Shown here piece by piece: positions 1 through 8,061 of a DNA stretch of 35,068 bases. A program made the position numbers and the translations under genes. Location: positions 1-35,068 of the forward strand of contig CAYPLD010000001.1 of assembly GCA_964411485.1 (NCBI GenBank). The letters are read 5' to 3'. The notes beneath the pieces are model-generated. The model saw only the letters and a list, made by a program, of their open reading frames with translations, was not told where the DNA came from and ran no database searches. The stretch is from an uncultured Elusimicrobiaceae bacterium (GTDB taxonomy: Bacteria > Elusimicrobiota > Elusimicrobia > Elusimicrobiales > Elusimicrobiaceae). Within the stretch, counting starts at the first letter, position 1. Every line of letters begins with the position of its first letter.

Positions 1-14
1 ACTTCGAGGAAAAA

Positions 15-479
15 ATGATTAAATTGAACGAATTATCTCCTAAAGCAGGAAGCAAAAAAAGAAAAACAAGACTGGGCATCGGACTTGGCACAGGTAAAGG
101 TAAAACTTGTGGTAGAGGTACAAAAGGTCAGATGAGTCGAAGTGGAAACACCAGAAAAGAATCGAAAGAAGGTGGACAAACTCCATTGGTAAGAAGAATT
201 CCAAAAAGTGGATTCACAAATGCAAGATTTGCAAAAAAAGTAGAAAGTGTAAATGTGGATAGATTAGCAAAAGTTTTCAAAACCGGCGAAGTTACATTAG
301 AACTTTTGAAAGAGAAAGGTCTTGTAAATAATATCAAGAATGTAAAAATTTTGGGTAATGGAAAAATCGAACATGCATTAACAATAAATGCACATGCATT
401 TTCGAATGGTGCAAAAAAAGCAATCGAAACAGCTGGCGGAAAAGCAGTTGTTATAGAAAACAAGGTGGCAAAAAAATAG
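15..479 (+). CDS. rplO: 50S ribosomal protein L15
   Basis: 154-aa ORF with a Gly/Lys/Arg-rich N-terminus (GSKKRKTRLGIGLGTGKGKTCGRGTKGQ) typical of L15. It sits directly upstream of secY as in spc operons. GAGGA SD at 6-10. Confidence 0.95.
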   Translation: MIKLNELSPKAGSKKRKTRLGIGLGTGKGKTCGRGTKGQMSRSGNTRKESKEGGQTPLVRRIPKSGFTNARFAKKVESVNVDRLAKVFKTGEVTLELLKEKGLVNNIKNVKILGNGKIEHALTINAHAFSNGAKKAIETAGGKAVVIENKVAKK

Positions 480-522
480 AAACATAACAAGTGTTATGTA
501 GCCACAAAAACAAAGGAAAAAG
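464..522 (+). repeat. Intercistronic element (IE) copy 1: rplO 3' end plus secY leader
   Basis: GGTGGCAAAAAAATAGAAACATAACAAGTGTTATGTAGCCACAAAAACAAAGGAAAAAG. It can fold with outer pairs GTGGC(465-469)/GCCAC(501-505) and inner pairs ACATAAC(482-488)/GTTATGT(493-499). Confidence 0.75.
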
Positions 523-526
523 AAAA

Positions 527-1861
527 ATGGAACAAAATAATGCTTTGAATATGTTTAAATCACCAGATCTTAAAAAAAGATTGTTATTTCTGTTAATCGC
601 ATTAGCAGTTTTCAGATTAGGTGCTGCAATCCCAATTCCGGGGATAAATGCAGATGCCTTAAAAGCGTTTTTTGATGCAAATAAAGGCGGAATGCTTGGT
701 ATCTTGAATATGTTTTCTGGTGGAGCATTAGGTAATTTTTCGATATTAGCACTGGGTATAATGCCATATATTAATGCAAGCATCATAATGAGTTTGTTAA
801 AAGGTGCACATGTATTACCGATTTTGGATAGTCTATCAAAAGAAGGCGAAGCAGGTAGAAGAAAAATCAACCAAATAACAAGAGTTTTCGCGTTGGTATT
901 ATCTGTATTACAAAGTATCGGTATGACATTCGCTTTAACTAAAGTACCTGTTCCAGGGGGGTTATCAATTGTTATAGATCCGTCACCGATATTTTATATT
1001 ACGACGATAATCACTTTAGCAACCGGAACAATGTTTATCATTTGGTTAGGTGAACAAATCACAGAAAGAGGAATAGGGAACGGAATATCTTTGATAATTT
1101 TTGCGGGTATCGTGGATAGATTACCTGCCGCAGTAAAAGGTGTAATCAGTTTAGTATTAGCAGAAGAAATGACATTAGTATTCGCAATCATTTTAACAGC
1201 CGCGGTATTTTTAATAATGGCATTTGTAGTTTGGGTAGAAACAGGTCAGCGACAAATACCAGTCCAATATGCGAAACGAATGATAGGACGACAAATGTAT
1301 GGTGGACAGACAACTTATCTACCGATTAAGGTTGATCAAAGTGGTGTTATCGCAGTTATCTTTGCGATGGCATTAATGAGTTTACCATTAACATTAGCAC
1401 AATTTAATCCAGAAGCAACGTGGGCACGAGCAATAGTCGATGCAATGCAAGGTGCAAATGTAATTTACTTAACAGTGATGGGTGCATTAATAATGTTCTT
1501 CTGTTATTTTTATAGTTCGATACAATTCAATCCAAAAGAATTTTCAGATAATTTGAAAAAATGGGGTGGATTTATACCGGGAATCAGACCGGGTGAACCA
1601 ACAAAGGAATATATCGAATGGGTATTGAACCGAATCACATTCTTTGGAGCATTATTTATTGTAGCAATAGCAATATTACCTACAATATTGAGAGCTAAAT
1701 TTAACATACCATTTTATTTTGGTGGTACAGCATTACTAATTATTGTTGGTGTTGCGTTGGATACGGTCGGACAAATTCAAGCACATGCTATGAGCAGAAA
1801 CTATGAACCTTTAATGAAAGGTAAAAAGATTAAAGGGAGATGGTTTAATGTCGGCGGTTAA
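527..1861 (+). CDS. secY: Preprotein translocase subunit SecY
   Basis: Multi-TM protein with SecY motifs (PIPGINADAL, GIMPYINASII, WLGEQITERGIGNGISLIIFAGI) between rplO and adk. I prefer ATG 527 (MEQNN..., SD AAAGGAAAAAG) over the track's GTG 491, which lies inside a repeat element. Confidence 0.93.
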   Translation: MEQNNALNMFKSPDLKKRLLFLLIALAVFRLGAAIPIPGINADALKAFFDANKGGMLGILNMFSGGALGNFSILALGIMPYINASIIMSLLKGAHVLPILDSLSKEGEAGRRKINQITRVFALVLSVLQSIGMTFALTKVPVPGGLSIVIDPSPIFYITTIITLATGTMFIIWLGEQITERGIGNGISLIIFAGIVDRLPAAVKGVISLVLAEEMTLVFAIILTAAVFLIMAFVVWVETGQRQIPVQYAKRMIGRQMYGGQTTYLPIKVDQSGVIAVIFAMALMSLPLTLAQFNPEATWARAIVDAMQGANVIYLTVMGALIMFFCYFYSSIQFNPKEFSDNLKKWGGFIPGIRPGEPTKEYIEWVLNRITFFGALFIVAIAILPTILRAKFNIPFYFGGTALLIIVGVALDTVGQIQAHAMSRNYEPLMKGKKIKGRWFNVGG

Positions 1862-2501
1862 TATAATATTGTTAGGTAGTCCGGGAAGTGGAAAAGGGAC
1901 ACAAGCAAAACATCTTAAAGAAAAATATAACTTAAAACATATATCCACTGGCGATATATTTAGAGAAGAAGTGAAAAACCAAACAGAGTTTGGTAAAAAA
2001 GTTTCGTCGATTTTAGAAAGTGGGGAACTTGTACCCGACAGTTTAGTGATAGAAGTATTAGCTTCTAAAATTAAAGGTGAAGAACAAGGATTGATCTTTG
2101 ACGGATTCCCAAGAACCGTAGAACAAGCAAAAGCTTTGAACGAATTACTTGAAAGCGAAAGCAAAAAAATAGATGCAGTCATTTTTATTGATGTAGACGA
2201 AGAATTAGTAATAGAAAGGATAACATCTAGAAAAGTTTGTAAAGGTTGTGGAGAAGTTTATGGAATGAACTTTCCAACAGCTGAAAATGATAAATGTAAA
2301 CAATGTGGTGGAGAAGCTGTAACAAGACCAGATGATAATGAGGAATCGATAAAGAACAGATTATCAGTGTTCCAAAAACAGACCGCACCATTGATAGCAT
2401 TTTATGAAGCGACTGGTAATTTAGTAAAAGTAGATGGTGCAAAAGGATTAGACGAAGTATTGGACGACATAGCTAAAGCATTGGGCGACAGTGTCCCCTG
2501 A
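1848..2501 (+). CDS. adk: Adenylate kinase (Cys4 zinc-lid type)
   Basis: P-loop GSPGSGKGTQ and a lid with CKGC...CKQC. GGGAGA SD 7 nt upstream. 14-nt overlap with the secY 3' end. Confidence 0.95.
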   Translation: MSAVNIILLGSPGSGKGTQAKHLKEKYNLKHISTGDIFREEVKNQTEFGKKVSSILESGELVPDSLVIEVLASKIKGEEQGLIFDGFPRTVEQAKALNELLESESKKIDAVIFIDVDEELVIERITSRKVCKGCGEVYGMNFPTAENDKCKQCGGEAVTRPDDNEESIKNRLSVFQKQTAPLIAFYEATGNLVKVDGAKGLDEVLDDIAKALGDSVP

Positions 2502-2524
2502 CATTTCTCGCTTTGCTTTACGAA

Positions 2525-2588
2525 TTATTTCCTCTCCCGTTGGGAGAGGACGACTAATCAGAATGACTAGCGAGGTGAGGGCTATGTT
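2525..2588 (+). repeat. GC-rich double-hairpin repeat A, copy 1 (adk-map spacer)
   Basis: TTATTTCCTCTCCCGTTGGGAGAGGACGACTAATCAGAATGACTAGCGAGGTGAGGGCTATGTT. Hairpin 1 is CCTCTCCC/GGGAGAGG. Hairpin 2 is CTAATCA/TGACTAG with one mismatch. Confidence 0.8.
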
Positions 2589-2612
2589 TCGGAAACATTT
2601 GAGATTTTAGCT

Positions 2613-3362
2613 ATGATTTATATAAAGACTGAAGCCGAGATAGATAGAATGAAAGTGGCTGGTAGGATAGTCGCACAGGTGCTGAACGAATTAAAGTCAG
2701 CTATAAAACCCGGAATTACGACTAAAGAACTGGATACTTTGGCTCATAAAAAAATAAAAGAGCTTGGTGGCGAGCCGGCATTTTTGAACTATCATGGTTT
2801 TCCGGCGAGCATATGTGCGAGTATCAATAATGAGTTGGTGCATGGAATACCAAGTGAGCAAAGAGTTTTGAAACAAGGTGATATAATCAGCATAGATTTA
2901 GGTGTAAAGAAAGACGGGTTTTACGGCGATGCAGCAATCACGATGGGTGTTGGTAAAATAAGCGAAGACGCACAGCGGTTGATGGATATAACAAAGAAGT
3001 GTTTACATCTAGCGATAAAAGAATGTCGAGTGGGTAATCATTTGGGTGATGTTGGAAATGCGGTTCAAAAGTATGCCGAGAGTCAGGGAATGAGTGTGGT
3101 TAGAGATTTTGTCGGGCATGGAATAGGACGAGCTTTACATGAAGAACCACAAATTCCAAATTTTGGCAATAAAGGCGAAGGGGTATTGCTTAAAGAAGGT
3201 ATGACATTCGCATTAGAACCGATGGTAAATCTGGGAAGTTTTGAAGTTAGAGTATGTGAGGATAATTGGACGGTCGTATCAAAAGACGGAAAGTTGAACA
3301 CACATTTTGAACACACAATCGCGATAACAAAAAGTGGTGCAAAAATTTTAACGGAGTTATAA
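2613..3362 (+). CDS. map: Methionine aminopeptidase, type I
   Basis: 249 aa with MetAP metal-ligand blocks ([37 protein letters not shown]) in the canonical position after adk. Confidence 0.95.
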   Translation: MIYIKTEAEIDRMKVAGRIVAQVLNELKSAIKPGITTKELDTLAHKKIKELGGEPAFLNYHGFPASICASINNELVHGIPSEQRVLKQGDIISIDLGVKKDGFYGDAAITMGVGKISEDAQRLMDITKKCLHLAIKECRVGNHLGDVGNAVQKYAESQGMSVVRDFVGHGIGRALHEEPQIPNFGNKGEGVLLKEGMTFALEPMVNLGSFEVRVCEDNWTVVSKDGKLNTHFEHTIAITKSGAKILTEL

Positions 3363-3366
3363 AAAA

Positions 3367-3582
3367 ATGGGAAAAGATAAAATAGAAGTAGAAGGAAAAA
3401 TTTTAGAATCATTACCAAACGCAATGTTCAGAGTAGAAATTGAAGGTGGTAAGGTAATACTTGGTCATATATCTGGGAAGATGAGAGTACATCATATCAG
3501 AATATTACCGGGCGACAAAGTAAAATTGGAGTTATCTCCATACGATTTAACACGCGGTAGAATAATTTACAGGGAGAAGTAA
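3367..3582 (+). CDS. infA: Translation initiation factor IF-1
   Basis: 71-aa S1-fold protein ([16 protein letters not shown]...GHISGKMR...[24 protein letters not shown]). Confidence 0.95.
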   Translation: MGKDKIEVEGKILESLPNAMFRVEIEGGKVILGHISGKMRVHHIRILPGDKVKLELSPYDLTRGRIIYREK

Positions 3583-3583
3583 T

Positions 3584-3657
3584 TCTTTCTGTAAGGTGGC
3601 GAAAAAACACTAACAAAACTAGTGTCATGCGGGGGGCGAGGCTCTCGCCTAGAAAGA
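3584..3657 (+). promoter_or_regulatory. Candidate structured RNA in the infA-rpmJ spacer (closing stem plus two hairpins)
   Basis: TCTTTCT(3584-3590) pairs with AGAAAGA(3651-3657), ACACTA(3607-3612) with TAGTGT(3620-3625), and GGCGAG(3635-3640) with CTCGCC(3644-3649). The fold ends 8 nt before the rpmJ SD region. Confidence 0.35.
3593..3628 (+). repeat. IE copy 3 (diverged) in the infA-rpmJ spacer
   Basis: AAGGTGGCGAAAAAACACTAACAAAACTAGTGTCATG versus copy 1 AAGGTGGCAAAAAAATAGAAACATAACAAGTGTTATG gives roughly 31 of 40 identical by hand. It reads AAG GTG GCG AAA AAA CAC TAA. Confidence 0.5.
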
Positions 3658-3675
3658 TTAAACAAGGAAAAAAAT

Positions 3676-3789
3676 ATGAAAGTGCGGGCAAGTGTAAAAA
3701 AGATATGTAATAAATGTAAGATAGTAAAGCGGAAAGGTGTTTTACGAGTTGTTTGTGAAGTCAAAAAACACAAACAAAGACAAGGATAA
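3676..3789 (+). CDS. rpmJ: 50S ribosomal protein L36
   Basis: Below the 60-aa cutoff of the ORF track, so read by hand. ATG at 3676 gives [37 protein letters not shown], with TAA at 3787-3789. CxxC...C...H zinc pattern, AAGGAAA SD, and the canonical slot between infA and rpsM. Confidence 0.9.
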   Translation: MKVRASVKKICNKCKIVKRKGVLRVVCEVKKHKQRQG

Positions 3790-3808
3790 ACTAAGGAGAG
3801 TTTAATTT

Positions 3809-4198
3809 ATGGCAAGGATATCAGGTATAGATTTACCAAAAAATAAAAGAATAGATGTAGCACTATGTTATATATATGGAATAGGTCCAAAAACGGCGAA
3901 AGATATATTGGATAGTGTAAAAGGCAAGATAGATCCAACAACACGAGTAAAAGATTTGACTGAAGATCAAGCTGGTTTGTTAAATACAGTGATACAGAAA
4001 AATCACAAAGCTGAAGGTGAACTAAGACGAGAAGTATCACAAAACATACACAGATATGTGGAGATAGGATCGTATCGAGGATTAAGACACAGAAGAAATC
4101 TTCCAGTTAGAGGACAACGCACAAAAACAAATGCAAGAACTGGTCGAGGAAGAAGACGAACCGTAGGTGCTGGTAAGTCAGCAGTCACTAAAAAGTAG
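3809..4198 (+). CDS. rpsM: 30S ribosomal protein S13
   Basis: [30 protein letters not shown] is the classic S13 N-terminus. The C-terminal tail is basic. Confidence 0.95.
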   Translation: MARISGIDLPKNKRIDVALCYIYGIGPKTAKDILDSVKGKIDPTTRVKDLTEDQAGLLNTVIQKNHKAEGELRREVSQNIHRYVEIGSYRGLRHRRNLPVRGQRTKTNARTGRGRRRTVGAGKSAVTKK

Positions 4199-4223
4199 AT
4201 AATTTGAAAATATAACATAACAT

Positions 4224-4283
4224 ATGGTGGCAAAAAAGTAGAAACAAAAAGAGTGTTATGTAGCCACAAAAACAAAGGAAAGA
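4224..4283 (+). repeat. IE copy 2 in the rpsM-rpsK spacer
   Basis: Positions 4226-4283 align ungapped to 464-522 with about 5 mismatches (hand alignment). Positions 4224-4241 read ATG GTG GCA AAA AAG TAG, mirroring the rplO terminal codons GTG GCA AAA AAA TAG. Confidence 0.75.
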
Positions 4284-4296
4284 GAAGGAAAAAATA

Positions 4297-4743
4297 ATGG
4301 CAGAAGAAAAATCAACAGAAGAAAAAAAAGAAGTTCAAAAAGAAGAAGTAAAAGAAGTAAAAAAACCGACTGGTAAAAAGAAGAAAGCTAAAAAAGCTGG
4401 ACCACTTGGTATAGTACATATAAGCTGTTCGTTTAACAATACAATAGTAACAGTGACAGATGAAAAAGGAAATGCATTGGCATGGTCAACAGCTGGATCA
4501 AACAATTTTAAGGGAACAAAAAAAGGAACACCTTTCGCAGCACAAATTACATGTGCTAAAGCTGTTCAAAAAGCACACGATATGGGTGTAAGACAAGTAG
4601 CGGTAAAAGTTTCAGGTCCCGGACCGGGAAGGGAAACTGCTATAAGAGCAATAAGTGCTAGTGGAATCAGTGTTACGTCGATAAAAGATGTTACAACAAT
4701 CCCACATAACGGGTGCAGACCACCTAAAGCACGAAGAGTATAA
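4297..4743 (+). CDS. rpsK: 30S ribosomal protein S11 (with Lys/Glu-rich N-terminal extension)
   Basis: Core [22 protein letters not shown]...[12 protein letters not shown]...[12 protein letters not shown](A)RR is S11. About 20 extra K/E-rich residues sit at the N-terminus. Confidence 0.95.
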   Translation: MAEEKSTEEKKEVQKEEVKEVKKPTGKKKKAKKAGPLGIVHISCSFNNTIVTVTDEKGNALAWSTAGSNNFKGTKKGTPFAAQITCAKAVQKAHDMGVRQVAVKVSGPGPGRETAIRAISASGISVTSIKDVTTIPHNGCRPPKARRV

Positions 4744-4762
4744 ATAGGAGAATAGAAAATTT

Positions 4763-5404
4763 ATGGCAAGGTATACAGGATCAAGTTGTAAAAAATGTAG
4801 AAGACTAGAAACAAAATTATTTTTGAAAGGTTCAAAATGTTTCAATAATTGTGTTTTGAGTAAAAGAGAAGGTGCAACCGCTGGAAAAAGAGGTGGTACT
4901 GGTAAAAAAAGAAGAGGAAAATTATCTGAATATGCGATTCATCTAAATGAAAAGCAAAAAGCAAGATTCTCAACAGGAATGGGTGAAAGACAATTCAGTA
5001 ATCTGTTCAAAAAAGCAACAAAAACAGTTGGTCAAACTGGTGAAAACTTTTTAGGGTTGTTAGAAACCAGATTAGACAATATCGTAAGACGAGCAGGTTT
5101 TGCTTTAAGTTTGAGAACTGCAAGACAGATAGTATTTCACGGACATATTTTGATAAATAATAAAAAAATAGATATTCCATCGTATCAAGTGAAAGAAGGC
5201 GACAAAATAACGTTATCAAAAGAAATGGCTAATAGTCCGGTAGTGAAATTCGCTTTAGAAGAAACAGAAAAACGGGAATTAAGACCAAGTTTTCTTGAAT
5301 ATCAAGCAGATAAGAATACTGCAACTTTAGTGAGACAGCCTGCACGGGACGAAATGTCTCAAACGGTGAACGAACAACTTATTATTGAGTATTATTCTAA
5401 GTAA
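4763..5404 (+). CDS. rpsD: 30S ribosomal protein S4
   Basis: MARYTGSSCKKCRRLETKLFLKGSKC is an S4 N-terminus with Cys cluster. The S4 RNA-binding domain is present (LETRLDNIVRRAGFALSLRTARQIVFHGHILINNKKIDIPSYQVKEGD). Confidence 0.95.
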   Translation: MARYTGSSCKKCRRLETKLFLKGSKCFNNCVLSKREGATAGKRGGTGKKRRGKLSEYAIHLNEKQKARFSTGMGERQFSNLFKKATKTVGQTGENFLGLLETRLDNIVRRAGFALSLRTARQIVFHGHILINNKKIDIPSYQVKEGDKITLSKEMANSPVVKFALEETEKRELRPSFLEYQADKNTATLVRQPARDEMSQTVNEQLIIEYYSK

Positions 5405-5426
5405 TAGATTTTTGGAGGAAAAAGAT

Positions 5427-6410
5427 ATGGAATTTGCAAATTTAGTTTTACCAAATAAGGTAATATTGGATTCAAAAACAGCTACAAATTCTTACGGGAA
5501 ATTTATAGCAGAGCCGTATGAAAGCGGTTATGGTCATACTGTGGGAAACAGTTTAAGACGAATAGCATTATCAAGTTTAGAAGGTAGTGCAATCACAGCA
5601 GTAAAAATTAAAGGTGCTATTCACGAATACAGTACCTTACCAAACGTCAAAGAAGATGTGATAAACATAATTTTGAATCTTAAAAAATTAAGATTGAAAC
5701 TCACAGGTAAAGAAAAAGATTATGTTCTGTTATCAGTAAAAAAACAAGGCGTAGTTACTGGAAAAGATATAAAAGAAACAGCTAATGTTAAAATCATAAA
5801 CAAAGATTTAGTATTAGCAAATCTTGAATCTGGCGGAAGTTTGGAAATTGAAATTGAAGTATCCAGAGGTAAAGGATATGTAGCCGAAGAAGAAATTGCA
5901 AAAATCCAAAGACCAGAAGGTTTTATACCAATGGATGCGGTTTTCTCGCCGATAGTAAAAATTCAATATGATGTAGAACCAGCTCGTGTTGGACAAAAAA
6001 CAGACTATGATAGATTAGTTTTAGAAATTACTACGGATGGTAGTGTAGAGCCAAAAGTGGCATTATCAGAATCTGCGAAGTTATTGCAAGAAAGTTTAGA
6101 AATTTTCACAATACCAGCAGACGAAGCTGATGAAACTGAAGAAGTTTTACCTGTACCAGTAGAGAAAAAAGAAGCAACAGATAAAGACAATGATGATTTA
6201 GATCAAAGCATTGAATTTATAGAACTTTCTTCACGATCTGTAAATTGTCTAAAATCTGAAGGTATACATACCGTTAGAGATTTGATATCAAAAACAGAAG
6301 CTGAGCTAAAAATAATCAAAAATTTCGGAAGTAAATGTTTGGTAGAAATCGACGAACGACTAAAAGAAATGGGATTAGATTTAGTAAAAGAATCTAAAAA
6401 GAAAAAGTAA
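5427..6410 (+). CDS. rpoA: DNA-directed RNA polymerase subunit alpha
   Basis: The start is moved to ATG 5427 (MEFANLVLPNK...), which has a GGAGGA SD at 5414-5419. The track's 5385 start overlaps the rpsD end. NTD motifs (GHTVGNSLRRIALSS, EGSAITAVKI) are followed by an acidic linker and a CTD (ELSSRSVNCLKSEGIHTVRDL). Confidence 0.93.
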   Translation: MEFANLVLPNKVILDSKTATNSYGKFIAEPYESGYGHTVGNSLRRIALSSLEGSAITAVKIKGAIHEYSTLPNVKEDVINIILNLKKLRLKLTGKEKDYVLLSVKKQGVVTGKDIKETANVKIINKDLVLANLESGGSLEIEIEVSRGKGYVAEEEIAKIQRPEGFIPMDAVFSPIVKIQYDVEPARVGQKTDYDRLVLEITTDGSVEPKVALSESAKLLQESLEIFTIPADEADETEEVLPVPVEKKEATDKDNDDLDQSIEFIELSSRSVNCLKSEGIHTVRDLISKTEAELKIIKNFGSKCLVEIDERLKEMGLDLVKESKKKK

Positions 6411-6431
6411 GAATTTTTTAAGGAAAAAGAA

Positions 6432-6776
6432 ATGATTAAGAATTTAGGATATAGAAAATTATCAAAGACTGGAAGTCATCGAAGAGCGATGTTGAAGAAT
6501 ATGGCGACCAGTTTAATACTTCACGAGCAAGTGGAAACGACAGTTCCTAAAGCGAAAGAAGTGAGGCGAGTAATAGATCAAGTTATAACAGAAGCAAAGA
6601 AAGGTGAGCATACGAAAGTCAAAGATACAATCAAAGACAAAGTAGCTTTCAAGAAATTGTTTGAAGTTTTAGCAAAGCGATATGAAACACGCAACGGCGG
6701 ATTCACTCGAATAATGAAGAGTGGTATCAGACGAGGCGACAACGTTGAAAAAGCGATAGTGAAATTAGTTGATTAA
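6432..6776 (+). CDS. rplQ: 50S ribosomal protein L17
   Basis: 114 aa (LGYRKLSKTGSHRRAMLKNMATSLILHEQVETTVPKAKEVRR...NGGFTRI) following rpoA. Confidence 0.95.
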   Translation: MIKNLGYRKLSKTGSHRRAMLKNMATSLILHEQVETTVPKAKEVRRVIDQVITEAKKGEHTKVKDTIKDKVAFKKLFEVLAKRYETRNGGFTRIMKSGIRRGDNVEKAIVKLVD

Positions 6777-6797
6777 TATAGTAGAATAAGAGAAGTT

Positions 6798-7838
6798 ATG
6801 GTAATAGATTTTTTAGGCGGATTATTTTCTAACGATATGGGAATGGATCTGGGGACGGCGAATTCCTTAATATACGTTAAAGACAAAGGCATCGTGCTTA
6901 GAGAGCCAAGTGTAGTTGCTATGGATAGAGATACAGGTGAGATTAAGGCAGTTGGCAGTAAAGCTAAGCAGATGTTAGGAAGAACTCCCGCAAATATAAT
7001 AGCTGTGCGACCATTGAGAAATGGGGTGATAGCGGATTTTGAAGTCACCCACGAGATGATTAAGTATTTTATCAAAAAGGTACATAGCCACAAAACACTT
7101 TTGCGACCAAGAATAGTAATCGGAATACCATCGGATATAACAGGTGTAGAACGACGAGCTGTGATAGATGCGGCAAGACAAGCAGGTGCAAGAGAGGTTG
7201 ATTTATTAGAAGAACCTATGGCAGCAGCCATGGGTGCAGATTTACCAATAGCAGAACCAAATGCAAGTATGGTAGTAGATATCGGTGGAGGTACAACTGA
7301 AGTAGCGGTGATATCATTGGGTGGAATGGTTGTAGCAAAAGCGATAGATGTAGCAGGTGATGAACTCACCGATTGCATAATTCAATATTTCAGAAAGAAA
7401 TATAACCTTGTAATCGGGGAGAGTACAGCAGAGAATGTAAAAATGAGTATAGGATCTGTGTATCCTCTGAAAGAAGAAATGAAAATGGAAGTTAAAGGAC
7501 GAGATCAAACTCAAGGACTTCCTCGAACATTAAATGTAACTTCAGAGGAAATCAGACACGCATTACTTGAACCATTCAAACTTATTGTGGATGTTGTAAA
7601 AAACACGCTAGAAGAAACACCACCAGAACTTGCAGCAGATTTGGTTGATAGAGGGTTAGTTTTAGCAGGAGGAGGTTCGCTTTTACGAGGAATAACAGAC
7701 TTGTTAAGAGCAGAAACAAAACTTCCTGTACATAGAGCGGCTGATCCTTTGAGCTGTGTCGCAGTTGGAACAGGTAAGAGATTAGAAGACTTGGCAGAAC
7801 AAGGTAATAATATCTCTAACTGGTGGCAAAAGAAATAA
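6798..7838 (+). CDS. mreB: Rod shape-determining actin homologue MreB
   Basis: [42 protein letters not shown] and [10 protein letters not shown] are actin/MreB phosphate and adenosine motifs. The gene begins only 21 nt after rplQ. Confidence 0.95.
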   Translation: MVIDFLGGLFSNDMGMDLGTANSLIYVKDKGIVLREPSVVAMDRDTGEIKAVGSKAKQMLGRTPANIIAVRPLRNGVIADFEVTHEMIKYFIKKVHSHKTLLRPRIVIGIPSDITGVERRAVIDAARQAGAREVDLLEEPMAAAMGADLPIAEPNASMVVDIGGGTTEVAVISLGGMVVAKAIDVAGDELTDCIIQYFRKKYNLVIGESTAENVKMSIGSVYPLKEEMKMEVKGRDQTQGLPRTLNVTSEEIRHALLEPFKLIVDVVKNTLEETPPELAADLVDRGLVLAGGGSLLRGITDLLRAETKLPVHRAADPLSCVAVGTGKRLEDLAEQGNNISNWWQKK

Positions 7839-7886
7839 GGTAATCTGTAAATAAATATATTGCGGTAGAAAGTTTTATTTTTTAAT

Positions 7887-7941
7887 AAAGCGGGAATTCT
7901 TCAGAAAATTTTTGAAGTATTCCCGCTTTTTGTTTTGTTTT
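7887..7941 (+). terminator. Rho-independent terminator downstream of mreB
   Basis: AAAGCGGGAAT (7887-7897) pairs with ATTCCCGCTTT (7919-7929), with an inner CTTCA/TGAAG pair. It is followed by TTTTTGTTTTGTTTT. Confidence 0.8.
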
Positions 7942-8061
7942 GAACGTACTTGATGTTTTTTAATACAGCTAATTATGAAAATTTCAAGTATCTGTTTAAG
8001 ATTAAAAGTGTGGCTAGGTAAAAATTTAGGGGTAAAAGTGAATCAAAATAGAGGAAATGCT

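Noticed and set aside
493-501. TGTTATGTA in the repeated element as an extended -10 internal promoter
   Set aside because: The hexamer TATGTA matches TATAAT at only 3 of 6 positions and lacks the conserved final T. No -35 is present in any copy. I cannot exclude it without TSS data, so I mention it only as an alternative.
491-526. GTG 491 as the secY start (ORF-track call, adds [12 protein letters not shown])
   Set aside because: The extension lies inside the repeated intercistronic element and has no SD. ATG 527 has an AAAGGAAAAAG SD and gives a normal SecY N-terminus.
4224-4241. Mini-ORF ATG GTG GCA AAA AAG TAG (MVAKK) in the rpsM-rpsK spacer
   Set aside because: It has only five codons and no SD. 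It is best explained as a vestige of the duplicated rplO 3' end, not a gene.
5385-5426. Upstream start for rpoA (MSIILSNRFLEEKD extension)
   Set aside because: It overlaps the rpsD 3' end, has no SD and gives a non-RpoA-like N-terminus. ATG 5427 has a GGAGGA SD.
6773-7378. 201-aa ORF antisense to mreB
   Set aside because: It is a low-complexity Ser/Ala/Ile/Thr-rich translation fully contained in the well-supported mreB gene, so it is a shadow ORF. The same reasoning applies to the antisense ORFs at 128-490, 451-870, 15416-15838, 18554-19039, 21273-21677, 21945-22439, 25613-26014, 28407-28763 and 33995-34600.
7975-8061. Upstream start for mreC (MKISSICLRLKVWLGKNLGVKVNQNRGNA extension)
   Set aside because: It starts just after the mreB terminator with no SD. 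The internal ATG 8062 has a GAGGA SD and is followed directly by the TM anchor.
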